Assembly: GCA_045638605.1 (NCBI GenBank)
Contig: JAZUBS010000034.1
Span: 30,112-94,111 of the forward strand
Origin: Candidatus Gastranaerophilaceae bacterium
Lineage (GTDB): Bacteria > Cyanobacteriota > Vampirovibrionia > Gastranaerophilales > Gastranaerophilaceae
DNA: 64,000 nt
Direction of reading: 5' to 3'
Shown here: in pieces, positions 45,116-55,800 of the stretch
Position numbering within the stretch: position 1 is the first letter of the stretch
Layout: the number at the start of each line of letters is the position of its first letter
Translations under genes and position numbers: made by a program
Notes under the pieces: model-generated
Databases searched by the model: none
What the model was told of the DNA's origin: nothing
The model's input: the letters and a program-made list of their open reading frames with translations, nothing else

Positions 45116-47824
45116 ATGAAAATTGAGTTTTTGTCTTCACGATTACATTCTATTCAATCTAATCACAATATTAGTCAAAAATTAACAACTAGATGCCCTC
45201 AAAATTTAAACAATTCAGAACGATTAGGTCCGGTTGTGCGGATAAGTTTTCGTGGTAATTTTGATAAAAATGCCAAACAATTTATTAACATAGCTGCAGA
45301 AGATAAAGGATTAGGTCTTAAAGAATACAGTAAAGGCGGCTTAGCCGTTGTTGTAAAAGAAGCAAATGAAAGTTGGAATAATACTCTAGATGCTGATTCA
45401 AGAGTTATCTTGCCTTACCACGCCCCAGACAACGCCGGAGGAAATGTTAAGGTTTTAATGAAAATTGAGTATGATAAAAATGGCAAACAAATCCTTAGAG
45501 CTAATACAATGGATATAAAACCCGTTCCTGTGGATTATAGGTTGGCTGATGGTGAAATTTTTATATTGCAATCTATTCCCGATGAAAATGGTGTTTCAAA
45601 ATACTTACCTATTGAAAGATTAGATATTCATGGATATGTGAAAACGTTTGAGAATAATAGTTTAAATGTTATAAATGAACCATATCAATTATTTAAAGTT
45701 ATAGAACCTAATGCATCGAAAAATACTGTTACAAGGTATTTAATGCATACACGTAATTTAGCACGGGTAGCTCATTCATATGGATATTCCGCCACAGATA
45801 ATATTGATATGGCAGCTTATGGAAAAAATTTAAAATCCGATTTATTATATTCTATTCATAATAAAGCAATAGCCGATGCCTTACCAAAGTTAAATACAGA
45901 AAAACATGGCTATTTTAACCCTGCTAATATATGGCTACATGATAGACAGGCTTTTTCAACATTGATAGATATTGCAGATAGAAGTAATTCTGGAGATGCT
46001 TATTATAATGGCTTTAAGATACATTCTACTTTTCATAATAATGGACGCTCGTATCAAGGTTTTTACTCTGACCCGTTAGAATTCTTTAGAATAGTTGCAA
46101 CTAATCGTTCAATTGCAGAGTTGAAAATTCATCCTCGGTATAATGAATTAAAAGAAATTGAAGCACGACGCATAGCCGGTAAAATGACAAAAGATGATAT
46201 AAATATAGCAAAAGAAATATTGAAAGATGTCATCGATCCTTATTTAGATAGCGAAGGAACTTATAATGTTACAAAAATTGCTTTACATGGAGCAAATGTA
46301 AATCCTAATAATATGACTTGTGGGACAGTTTCTTTAAACTATGGCAAAGAATCACGTTGCGCTAATACTTATGATATAACACTAGGATTAACAGATGATT
46401 TTGCAAAAACCAAAACAATTGATATTACTAACGGTTCTTCTCAAGCAAGTTTAGAATTAGATAACCCTTATGCCGATTTTGGACATGGAAAAAATGGACT
46501 AAGTGCTAATAAATCTACTTTTAATGTATTTAAGTATGATAAATCTGAAAAATTTTTGATGACACCTAAAGAAGTTATTGAAACTAAAAAAGCCAATACA
46601 AAATGGCTATTAAATTTAATAGGTAATGCAGATACAAGTAAAAATCAAAATGCATTATTAGATTTATTTTTTAATCCAGAGCAAAAAAAAGTTTTTTCAA
46701 TTTTGGGTCAATTATCACCTTATAAGGATGGCGATATATTAATTATGGGATGGGGAAGACCTGATCCACAAAAGGGTATGCCAACAACACTAGAAGCCTT
46801 TCTGAAATTCTTACAAGATGAAACTGTACCAGAAGATATAAAATTAAAAACAAAACTTTTAGCCGGTGCTGGTGTTTGGGATGAAGGGACAAGAGATTGG
46901 AATAATATTCAAAAATTTGTAAGACAAATTCAAACAATGGATAAGGGAAAATATTATCATAATGTAATGTACATTAATGGTTTTTTCCCTAATAGATTAG
47001 CAGCTTGCGCAACTTATTCGCTTTTTACTTCTGTATTTGAACCTTGTGGTTTAACGCCATTAGAATCATATACAGCGCATACCCCTGTTATTTCTATAAA
47101 TACAGGCGGAGCTCCAAATTTTATTAAAAGCTTAACATCTGAAGCAAATTCTGTTACAGATGAAACTGGATTCTTATCGAAAAGCCCATATCTATTGAAT
47201 TTTGATAACAAAAATTTTTCTTATACAAATGAAGAAAAAATTCAATTGTCAAAGGATAAAAATTTTGATATAAAATGGCAAATTGTTGATAATAAACGCA
47301 GAGAATTAGCATCAGAAGAAATTTCTAAATGTATAAAAAAAGCCGTTCTTTTAGATCCAGATAACTATGAAAAAATGGTTGCTAATACTATGAAACAAAA
47401 AATTGGCTGGCATGAAAACTCGGCTTATAATATTGATTTACATACCCAAAAACTTATTGCTACAACAATAGACTACAATGAAATAAATAATCCTCTAAGC
47501 GCAAATGGACGTTATATGGGCGAAGTTTTTGAGGTTACAATAGGAGAAAATAGGAAATTAACCGGTGATTTTCTTAAACCACGTTTTGTTGAAAATCTTA
47601 AACGCTTAAGTGGATTTAATGAAAGATTTTCTGAAGCTATGAAAAAAGCTGAAATTATGCAATCGGCTAAGGCTACAAGATACGGGAAAATAGTTACAGC
47701 TTCAGCTCTTGGTATTATAGCATTAAGCACAGGCGTTTTGCTGTATTTAAGCAAATTTAGAAATTCTTTATCTATTGTTTCAGACTTGTCTAAAAACAAG
47801 CAAAAAATAGATAAAATAGCATAA
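45116..47824 (+). CDS. divergent GT5 (glycogen/starch synthase-like) glycosyltransferase with N-terminal leader and C-terminal TM anchor
   Basis: 902 aa. INIAAE...SKGGLAVVV is a KxGGL-like donor motif. GWGRPDPQKGMPTTLEAF and FEPCGLTPLESY...GGAP are typical of the GT5 C-terminal lobe. Last ~40 aa contain the TM segment IVTASALGIIALSTGVLLYL. Confidence 0.7.
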   Translation: MKIEFLSSRLHSIQSNHNISQKLTTRCPQNLNNSERLGPVVRISFRGNFDKNAKQFINIAAEDKGLGLKEYSKGGLAVVVKEANESWNNTLDADSRVILPYHAPDNAGGNVKVLMKIEYDKNGKQILRANTMDIKPVPVDYRLADGEIFILQSIPDENGVSKYLPIERLDIHGYVKTFENNSLNVINEPYQLFKVIEPNASKNTVTRYLMHTRNLARVAHSYGYSATDNIDMAAYGKNLKSDLLYSIHNKAIADALPKLNTEKHGYFNPANIWLHDRQAFSTLIDIADRSNSGDAYYNGFKIHSTFHNNGRSYQGFYSDPLEFFRIVATNRSIAELKIHPRYNELKEIEARRIAGKMTKDDINIAKEILKDVIDPYLDSEGTYNVTKIALHGANVNPNNMTCGTVSLNYGKESRCANTYDITLGLTDDFAKTKTIDITNGSSQASLELDNPYADFGHGKNGLSANKSTFNVFKYDKSEKFLMTPKEVIETKKANTKWLLNLIGNADTSKNQNALLDLFFNPEQKKVFSILGQLSPYKDGDILIMGWGRPDPQKGMPTTLEAFLKFLQDETVPEDIKLKTKLLAGAGVWDEGTRDWNNIQKFVRQIQTMDKGKYYHNVMYINGFFPNRLAACATYSLFTSVFEPCGLTPLESYTAHTPVISINTGGAPNFIKSLTSEANSVTDETGFLSKSPYLLNFDNKNFSYTNEEKIQLSKDKNFDIKWQIVDNKRRELASEEISKCIKKAVLLDPDNYEKMVANTMKQKIGWHENSAYNIDLHTQKLIATTIDYNEINNPLSANGRYMGEVFEVTIGENRKLTGDFLKPRFVENLKRLSGFNERFSEAMKKAEIMQSAKATRYGKIVTASALGIIALSTGVLLYLSKFRNSLSIVSDLSKNKQKIDKIA

Positions 47825-47914
47825 TATAGTAATATATTTGAGCTTTTTGTATAGCCAATTTACCAATATAAAAATTTTTAATTATTTTATAAAATTTAAG
47901 AAAAGGAGGATTTT

Positions 47915-48169
47915 ATGAAAATAGAATTATATACAGTTGATTATTGCCCTTATTGCAAAAAAGCACTTAATTTTTTAAATGAAAAAAATGTACAATACAC
48001 AAATTATGACATAACAGAAAACGAAGATGAGATGAGAAAAAAAATAGGCGAAAAATATGACTTACAAGGCTATGTGACTGTTCCTCAAATAATTATCGAT
48101 GGGAAAAATATTGGAGGGTATACAGATATGATAAATTTATATAGTACTGGGAAATTAAGTTTTGATTAA
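47915..48169 (+). CDS. glutaredoxin
   Basis: 84 aa, CPYC active site, TVPQIIIDGKNIGGY motif, AGGAGG RBS. Confidence 0.9.
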   Translation: MKIELYTVDYCPYCKKALNFLNEKNVQYTNYDITENEDEMRKKIGEKYDLQGYVTVPQIIIDGKNIGGYTDMINLYSTGKLSFD

Positions 48170-48204
48170 TTTTAAGATTAATTAAAAATCATTTTATTAT
48201 AAAC

Positions 48205-48231
48205 TTGACACTGTACCTTGTGTTTTATAAT
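48205..48231 (+). promoter_or_regulatory. putative promoter of tRNA-Cys
   Basis: TTGACA (48205-48210) and TATAAT (48226-48231) with a short 15-nt spacer, ~15 nt upstream of the tRNA. Confidence 0.45.
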
Positions 48232-48245
48232 ATTAATAAAGGTAC

Positions 48246-48316
48246 GGCGGCATGGCCAAGTGGTAAGGCAGGAGCCTGCAAAGCTTTTACCCCCAGTTCG
48301 AATCTGGGTGCCGCCT
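48246..48316 (+). tRNA. tRNA-Cys (anticodon GCA)
   Basis: Cloverleaf folded by hand. Acceptor GGCGGCA/TGCCGCC, 3-bp D stem GCC/GGC, anticodon stem GGAGC/GCTTT with loop CTGCAAA, T arm CCCAG-TTCGAAT-CTGGG. No encoded CCA. A T-run follows. Confidence 0.9.
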
Positions 48317-48445
48317 TTTTATTAGAAATACTTTAATTGAAAGACATTTGCATTATGCGGATGTTTTTTTGTTTTTAAATCATCTAAATAAAGGATTAAA
48401 AATACAAAAAAATCGCTCATCCTGATAAAAAAGGGAGGGGATAAA

Positions 48446-48676
48446 ATGGCTGTAAATACATATTATGATTACAATATTTTTGTTCCACAAAATAATGGAG
48501 AGCTATCAGACTCTATTTTACAAAACTGGACTGAACAAGCTTTAGAATGTTACAAATTATGTGGAAATTGCACGCAATGTTCTATTTCAAAGGGAAATTA
48601 TTCATTTGTTTGTCAAATGTCGAAGGTAGTAAAAAAATTGTTAAGCACAGTCGGGCAACCAACACTGGAGGAGTAA
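48446..48676 (+). CDS. small Cys-rich hypothetical protein
   Basis: 76 aa, strong GGGAGGGG RBS, motif CYKLCGNCTQCS-x10-C. Confidence 0.55.
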   Translation: MAVNTYYDYNIFVPQNNGELSDSILQNWTEQALECYKLCGNCTQCSISKGNYSFVCQMSKVVKKLLSTVGQPTLEE

Positions 48677-48695
48677 AACAAAATAAGCACAAAAA

Positions 48696-48729
48696 ACGGG
48701 CTAATCTTTTTATTAAGCCCGCTTTTTTT
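48696..48729 (+). terminator. intrinsic terminator
   Basis: CGGGCT..AGCCCG stem followed by T7, between convergent genes. Confidence 0.7.
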
Positions 48730-48768
48730 ATCGATTTTTTACGTATATTTACTTAAAAATAAATTTTT

Positions 48769-50130
48769 CTAAATTTTTTCCAATATTGTAACGTTTTCTA
48801 TATGAAAAGTATGACAAAACATATCAACAGGTTGAATATATTGTGCTTTAAAGCCATATTCCCTAAATAGTTTCAAATCCCTTGCCAACGTTGTTGGATT
48901 GCAACTCACATAAACAATTAAATTTTTACTTAACTGTGTTGATGTTTTAACTGCTTCTGGTGCTAGTCCTTTTCTTGGAGGGTCCACAATAACTACATCA
49001 AATTGTTTTCCTTGCTTTTTTAGCTTTTCCAGATGCATAGCTGCATCACCGGTCAAAATTTCAAAATTTTTGTATCCATTAAGTTCGATATTTTTTAATG
49101 CATCAGCAGTTGCAGGTGGATAGTCTTCCACACAGACAACTCTTTTGGCTATATCGCCTAAATAAATCCCAAAACTTCCAACACCAGAATACGCATCTAA
49201 AATTTCAGGGTTTTGTATCCTCTCAGTAATCATCGCTTTTACTGTATCTAAAATATTTTTTGCAGAATTTGGATTAACTTGAAAGAACGAACCAGCACTA
49301 ACTTGATAAAGTTTATCACCAATTTTTTCTGTATAAAAATCTTGACCGACAATGCTTTTGGTTATATCACCTAATATAGAATTTGTTTTTTTATTATTAA
49401 AATTTACAAGACAGCCAATGACGTTTTTATAGGTTTCAAAAACTTTTGCCGCCAACGCCTTCACCTGATTTCTCAATTTTAAATCATTTACAACAAATAT
49501 TACCAAAATTTCATCACAAGCAACTGAATGACGAAAAACAATGTGTCTTAAATCGCCTTTATGTTTAGCTTCATCATAACCTGAAACATTACAATTTTTA
49601 GCCTCTTCTCTTATAAATTCAACTATCTCATCAATTTGCACAGGCTGTATAGGACAATGTTTAATATTTACTAATTCATGAGTGTTTTTCTTGTAATAAC
49701 CTGCAAGAATACGTTTTGAAACCTTTGTTTGAGCTACAGGGTATTGAATTTTATGTCTAAATTCTGTATTTTGTGGCGAAGGTATAACTTCTTTAATCTC
49801 AATTTCTTCACCTGCAAATTTTTTTATTGCTTCTTGAACAATTTGTTTTTTTTGTCTTAATTGCTCTTCATAGCTAACGTGTTGCCAACAACATCCCCCA
49901 CAAACATTCGCCATTGAACATATTGGTTTAACTCGATTTGGGGACGCGTCTAATATTTCCAGAAGTTGAGCTTTAGCGTAATTTTTATTAACAGAAAGGA
50001 TTTGCGCTAGAACTTTTTCTTGTGGGGCAACTCCTTCAATAAACACAGGCATTCCCTCATAACGAGCGAGTCCTGCACCCTCAAAAAGAAGTTTTTCAAC
50101 AAAAAGCTCTAGCTTGTCACCTTTTTTCAT
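48769..50130 (-). CDS. rlmD: 23S rRNA (uracil-C5)-methyltransferase RlmD/RumA family
   Basis: N-terminal TRAM domain, 4-Cys cluster C-x6-CGGC...C, SAM motif LDAYSGVGSF, catalytic YVSCNP. Confidence 0.9.
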   Translation of the reverse strand: MKKGDKLELFVEKLLFEGAGLARYEGMPVFIEGVAPQEKVLAQILSVNKNYAKAQLLEILDASPNRVKPICSMANVCGGCCWQHVSYEEQLRQKKQIVQEAIKKFAGEEIEIKEVIPSPQNTEFRHKIQYPVAQTKVSKRILAGYYKKNTHELVNIKHCPIQPVQIDEIVEFIREEAKNCNVSGYDEAKHKGDLRHIVFRHSVACDEILVIFVVNDLKLRNQVKALAAKVFETYKNVIGCLVNFNNKKTNSILGDITKSIVGQDFYTEKIGDKLYQVSAGSFFQVNPNSAKNILDTVKAMITERIQNPEILDAYSGVGSFGIYLGDIAKRVVCVEDYPPATADALKNIELNGYKNFEILTGDAAMHLEKLKKQGKQFDVVIVDPPRKGLAPEAVKTSTQLSKNLIVYVSCNPTTLARDLKLFREYGFKAQYIQPVDMFCHTFHIENVTILEKI

Positions 50131-50131
50131 T

Positions 50132-51202
50132 TTATAAACTCATAACCTTTAAAATATCATCAAGGTTTGAAGATGTCTTTTTAACATCAGCACCTGAATA
50201 TTTAATTGCGCTATCTGGGTCTTTTAATCCATTACCTGTTAAAATACAAACAATTTGTTTGTTATCTTCAATAAGACCTAATTTTTTAGCTTTAATTACG
50301 CCTGCAACACTAGCCGCAGATGCTGGTTCCGCCAACACTCCTTCTGTTTTTGCAAGCAATTTATATGCTTCAATAATTTCGTCATCACTAACAAAATTAA
50401 TCACGCCACCGCTTTTATCTCTAGCATTTTCAGCTTTTTCCCAGCTTGCAGGGTTTCCAATACGAATAGCCGTTGCAATAGTTTCGGGTTTCATAATTCT
50501 TTCACCTTTAACGATTGCAGCCGCACCTTCTGCTTCAAAGCCCATCATTTTAGGCAATTTTTTCGCTTTTCCTTGCTCAAAATATTCTTCATAACCTTTC
50601 CAGTATGCTGTAATATTGCCCGCATTACCAACAGGAATAAAATGGTAATCAGGCGCATCACCTAAAGCTTCTACGATTTCAAAAGCGCCTGTTTTTTGAC
50701 CTTCAATTCTATATGGGTTTACAGAATTTACCAATTTTACAGGATATTTTTCAGAAATTTCTCTAACAACTTCTAATGCTTCATCAAAGTTGCCATCAAT
50801 AGCAATAATTTCAGCTCCATACATCATAGCTTGAGAAAGCTTACCTAATGCAATGTATCCATCAGGGATTAAAACAAAAGTTCTCATTCCAGCTTTTGCG
50901 CCATATGCAGCGGCAGCCGCTGAAGTATTTCCAGTAGAGGCGCAAATAATCGCTTTTGCGCCTTCTTCTGCTGCTTTTGAAACAGCCATTGTCATACCTC
51001 TATCTTTAAAACTTCCTGTGGGGTTCAAACCCTCAAGTTTTAAATAAATTTCTCCATTATACCCGATTTCTTTTGCAAGATTTTCTGCTTTAACTAATGG
51101 TGTATTACCCTCATTTAACGTTACAACAGGTGTTGCTTCTGTTACTGGAAGATTTGCTCTATATTTATTTATTAATCCTTGATAATGTTTTTCTGTGCTC
51201 AT
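50132..51202 (-). CDS. thrC: threonine synthase
   Basis: PLP Lys motif [23 protein letters not shown], 356 aa. Directly downstream of hom. Confidence 0.92.
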   Translation of the reverse strand: MSTEKHYQGLINKYRANLPVTEATPVVTLNEGNTPLVKAENLAKEIGYNGEIYLKLEGLNPTGSFKDRGMTMAVSKAAEEGAKAIICASTGNTSAAAAAYGAKAGMRTFVLIPDGYIALGKLSQAMMYGAEIIAIDGNFDEALEVVREISEKYPVKLVNSVNPYRIEGQKTGAFEIVEALGDAPDYHFIPVGNAGNITAYWKGYEEYFEQGKAKKLPKMMGFEAEGAAAIVKGERIMKPETIATAIRIGNPASWEKAENARDKSGGVINFVSDDEIIEAYKLLAKTEGVLAEPASAASVAGVIKAKKLGLIEDNKQIVCILTGNGLKDPDSAIKYSGADVKKTSSNLDDILKVMSL

Positions 51203-51211
51203 AATTCACTC

Positions 51212-52489
51212 CTAGTCCATTACTCTTATTAAACTTTTAACTTCTTTTATGCAATCATTTGCTTGTAGTTCTTCAATGGCTTTTTGTATATCTGATTCCA
51301 AGGCTTCTGCGGTTATTACAACAACTTCAGCGCTTTGTGCTTCAGTTTCAGCTGCATCTTTTTGTAATAAGCTTGCAAAGTTAATGTTATGTTTGCCGCA
51401 AATTGTACCAATAGTACCAATTACCCCGGGTTTATCATTAACATCCATTAAAATGTAATACTTGTTTTTCGTATCTGAAATATTAATAGGTGTTGCATTT
51501 TCATTATGGCAACAACGCATCATTGGAAGCATTGCAGTTGAGTTTTGCTCTAATTCAGAACAAATTGTAACAATATCACCAACAACTGAACTCGCGGTAG
51601 GAAACTCACCAGCCCCAGGTCCTGAAAGAATAACCTGTCCTACAGGAAATCCTTCTAATAATACGGCATTTGTTACTCCGCTTATATGCGCTAACGTATG
51701 GTTTGATTTAACCAACATTGGATGCACTCTAACATCCGCTTCATTATTATTCATTTTTGCTAAAGCTATCAACTTAATTTTGTAGCCTAACTGTTTTGCA
51801 TAAGCCATATCTTTAGCTGAAATTTTTGTTATACCTTCTCTGTGAATATTTTGGATTTTTACTCGTTTTTTAAACGCAATCGTTGCTAACGTTGCAATTT
51901 TATAAGCCGCATCAAAACCTTCAACATCTCCAGTTGGATCAGTTTCTGCATAACCTAATTTTTGCGCTTCAGCTAAAACTTCTGAATAATCAGCGCCCTC
52001 TTCATCCATTTTTGTAAGAATGTAATTTGTTGTACCGTTTAATATAGCCGCAATTTTATCAATTCTGTTAGCTGATAATGTCATTTTAACTGGCATTATA
52101 ATAGGAATTCCACCGCCAACTGCAGCTTCATACATTATTACAACGTTATTTTCAGACGCAAGTTTAAATAATTCCTCACCATGTTTTGCTAAAAGTTCTT
52201 TGTTGGCCGTTACTATATGTTTTTTGTTTTGAATAGCTGTTTTAAGCAAATCAAAAGCAGGATTTACACCACCTATAACCTCTACAACAATATCAATTTC
52301 TGGGTCATTCACAATTGAAAAAATATCCGTCGTTAACATGGCTTCATCAAGATTATCAATATTTCTTTTTTTGTTTAATGATTTTACTGCAATTTTTTTG
52401 ATGTTAATGTAGTCAAAATTACGTAATGTCTTAACTACGCCGGTTCCAACTGTTCCTAAACCGATTAATCCAATGTTAACTCTCTTCAT
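51212..52489 (-). CDS. hom: homoserine dehydrogenase with C-terminal ACT domain
   Basis: GLIGLGTVGTGV NAD fold, ANKELLA, GYAETDPTGDVEGFDAAYK, C-terminal ACT-like segment. Confidence 0.92.
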   Translation of the reverse strand: MKRVNIGLIGLGTVGTGVVKTLRNFDYINIKKIAVKSLNKKRNIDNLDEAMLTTDIFSIVNDPEIDIVVEVIGGVNPAFDLLKTAIQNKKHIVTANKELLAKHGEELFKLASENNVVIMYEAAVGGGIPIIMPVKMTLSANRIDKIAAILNGTTNYILTKMDEEGADYSEVLAEAQKLGYAETDPTGDVEGFDAAYKIATLATIAFKKRVKIQNIHREGITKISAKDMAYAKQLGYKIKLIALAKMNNNEADVRVHPMLVKSNHTLAHISGVTNAVLLEGFPVGQVILSGPGAGEFPTASSVVGDIVTICSELEQNSTAMLPMMRCCHNENATPINISDTKNKYYILMDVNDKPGVIGTIGTICGKHNINFASLLQKDAAETEAQSAEVVVITAEALESDIQKAIEELQANDCIKEVKSLIRVMD

Positions 52490-52753
52490 ACTGTCTCCTC
52501 TTTTGTGAATTCTATAATTAAACCATAAATTTCAAATCTTGTCACGCTTTTATAGGTGTATTATTCACAATTAATTGCATTGATTAAAAATCAAACTTTA
52601 CAAAAGTTAACATACCAAAGTCAAAATAGCAATTTTTATTTTTCAGGAGCATTAAAAAAAATGTACAAACTCCTCTATAAACTCCATAAACTAATTCTAT
52701 CCATCTCGGCTTAAGGTTCACACCAGCCGATTTTTTTTATTGAAAATCTTGCA

Positions 52754-52797
52754 GTAAAAAAAGCAACCATCTTTCAAATCAGGATGGTTGCTTTTTT
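52754..52797. terminator. bidirectional intrinsic terminator (after the FtsH-like gene)
   Basis: AGCAACCATC-loop-GATGGTTGCT, flanked by an A-run and a T-run. Confidence 0.8.
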
Positions 52798-52809
52798 ATC
52801 AATTTATAA

Positions 52810-55800
52810 TTAATTTTTATGACAAATTATACCTTTTTTAGTGTATTCAATAATTTCTAATATTGATGAATCTAGTTTTTTGAATAGGTCTTGTTTTTCT
52901 TGAGGTTGTTTTGCCTTCCATTCATTAAACATTTGCCAGAATTCGTCTTTGTGAATTATGCAATTACCAGTTCCTACTCTTGATGCATACTTTTTAGTAA
53001 ATTCTCTATTAAAATCAGCATATACTTCAGTAATCAAATCAGAAACCAATTGACCGTTTTTAAGTATTACATCAATATCTTTGTTTATTTTTAATTTATC
53101 TTCATCTGATAAGAAATTAACACCTTTTATAGATTTTTTACCAAAATGTTTACCTTGTCCCATTACTGTGACCATTTTTGTAGCTGCATCTGTTGCCATT
53201 TTCATATCAGTAGTGATTCCCCAGCTACCATCCTGATTATAGAACTTATGTTCGCAAGAGTTTCCTCCGAAACAAAGAACAATATTTGAGAACATTTTTT
53301 CAAAAGAACATTCTGAGTTTTCAATATCTGAAGCAAAAACGCATCCACCATAGAAACCTCGAGGATCTAAAGTTATGAAATTAAGTTTTTCACCTCTGTG
53401 CCAAGGTTGTCCTTTTTTTTCAGCCAAATCAAACATTATTGTCGTATTTAAAGCGTGACCGCATTCGTGTGAGGTAACCATTTCCTTTTCATATTGAGGC
53501 ATATTTGAGATAGAGGGTCTGCCATATAAAAGCTGCAAAAAGGCTTCAGTAAAGTCACTTTTTTCTATTAATTTATGATTTCTTTCTTTTGCAATAGTTT
53601 GAGCTTTGTCTAATATTGTTAATATTTCGATATATGATGAATATTCTGTTATTAACTTAATGTGTTCTTTTATATTTTGCTGGTCTTGATTACTTCCAGC
53701 AAGTTTTATTCCTTTTTTATTAATATAGTAGTCAATAACTTCACTTCTTGCTTTTTCGTTATATCCGGGCGTTTCAACCTCAATTTTGTCTATAAATTTA
53801 AAAGATTTAGAAGTTGCTTCACCGATATTACCGGCATCAAACATTGACCCCATAACAATGATATTCAACCCTTGTTCTTGCGCTTTATTCATTTCTCTGA
53901 TAAGTTGTGACATTGCTTTTTCGTGGTATTGTGAAACAGCTTCACCATATGAAAAATAATCAAAGTTTTCTACAAACAAAATAGTTGATTTATATGGATT
54001 TGTCTCAGCTTGAGCCTTAACCATTCCAAATAGCTTCTTCATAGAGGCTTCAGGACTAAGATTTACATCATCAAACAAATCAACATCTTTTGTACCAAAA
54101 TCAACAGCGTTAATTTCAATATATGGTATTTTGGCTTCGCCGGCTATAGCTTGAGCCGTATATTTTCTTCCTGCTCCAACCGTACCGTCTTGAGAATAGA
54201 TAATAAATCCTTTTGTTCCGATAGATTTATCTTTAATTCTGGAAACAATAGACGCAGCTTCTTTTTTAGTAGCTGGAACACCAACCATGTCTTTAAGTTT
54301 TACACCAGTATCAAACACAACTTTAATAGCAGCATCATTTTCTACAGGTTTAAAAATTTCTTTTGCTTCTTTTACATAATTTTGTACATCTTTTAGTGTT
54401 ATTTTATCTTTATCTACATAGTACGCTGCAATTAATTCCATAACTTTTTGTGCTTTTTCAGGATATGTACCTTTTAATTGATTAGATATTTCAACAGCTT
54501 TATCAATCGCTTGTTTTGTAAAAGGCTTTTTAATTTTTTCCAAAAGTTTCGGTTGTTCATTAAACATTTTTTTTGCTTGAGCCATATTCATCAAAGGCAT
54601 TGAAACTTCGCCAAAGTCCGAGAAAAATAATGACACTGTTCCTTTTGTACTTTGGTTATAATACTTGTCCTTGTCTGCCACCATTAAAAATTTAATATTC
54701 TTAGGTGCTTTTATAAATTCAGGTACATTTATCTCATCAATTGCCAACGCATTTAAACCTCTATCCATTGCAGACATAACCATAATATAGTTTTTATCTT
54801 TGTTTTTTCCTAGTTTATACATTTTTTGAGAAAGATAATTTATATCTAATGCGCCATTATCATTAAAATTAATAATCTCCGTATTCTTTTTGTTTAACTT
54901 ACCAAACCCATCTTTACTATTTTCAAATACATGCAAAAAACTGTTTATTAAGTGACTTGGTTGAATATCTTTATCGTGAAGAATCATCATATTTGTACCT
55001 ATAGCCAAGTTTTTCCAAATGTTCAAGGCTTTGGCATCATAAAATGATAAATGTGTACGCTGAGATAAAGGTTTTTTATCTAATTGAATTTCATCTTTTA
55101 AATCATTTCTAAAAGGTATTGTGATTTCTTTTTTGACCTTGTCATTGTTAGAAAACATTGCAGCTTCAAAAATTGTGTAATCATGAACAAGTCCATCTCC
55201 ACCCATATCATCTTTTTCGTTTGCTTGGTTGTATAAACTATAAATGTCATTTAAAAAATCTTTTGATAGAGGTATATCTTTTGATTTTACAGATGTATTG
55301 ATTATACGCATTTCACTTAATTTTTTATCTAATATTTCAATTTCTTTTTCAATAACTGGTTTGATTTTATCTCTTTTGTTTTTTTCTTTAAAAATATCAT
55401 CCCCAATTTCATCTTCTAAAACTTCATAAGAACTAAAAGAAGATTCATCATTATAATTAACTTCTCCTGAATCTAAGTCATCAATATATTTTTTTATACT
55501 TTCCAATCCTGCTTTTAGGACATGAACTTGTGTGATTTGAGCATGATTATTCTTTTTCGCTATTAATTTCGCATCATCTAATAATTTTTCACCATAATAT
55601 GAAAGGTTTTCGTCTATTTCCAGAGCTTTATCACAAACTTCTTCAGATTTTGTTGTTTTTTTCCCCGAAAAACTAACATAATAATTGTTTAAAAATTCTC
55701 CATTTACCGGGGCTTTAGCTGTATCGTTTATTTCTTGTGCTTGTGTATTTACAATTGGATTTGTCTTTTTATTAGTGTATTTTGTATTATTAACTGAAAC

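Noticed and set aside
52661-52738. 17-codon ORF (MYKLLYKLHKLILSISA) with an AGGAG box, followed by hairpin TCGGCT/AGCCGA and T8 on the plus strand
   Set aside because: The stem is only 6 bp with a 13-nt loop, and the RBS spacing (11 nt) is long. There is no functional context, and it is on the opposite strand to hom, so it is not its leader. It might be a small RNA or peptide, but the evidence is too thin.
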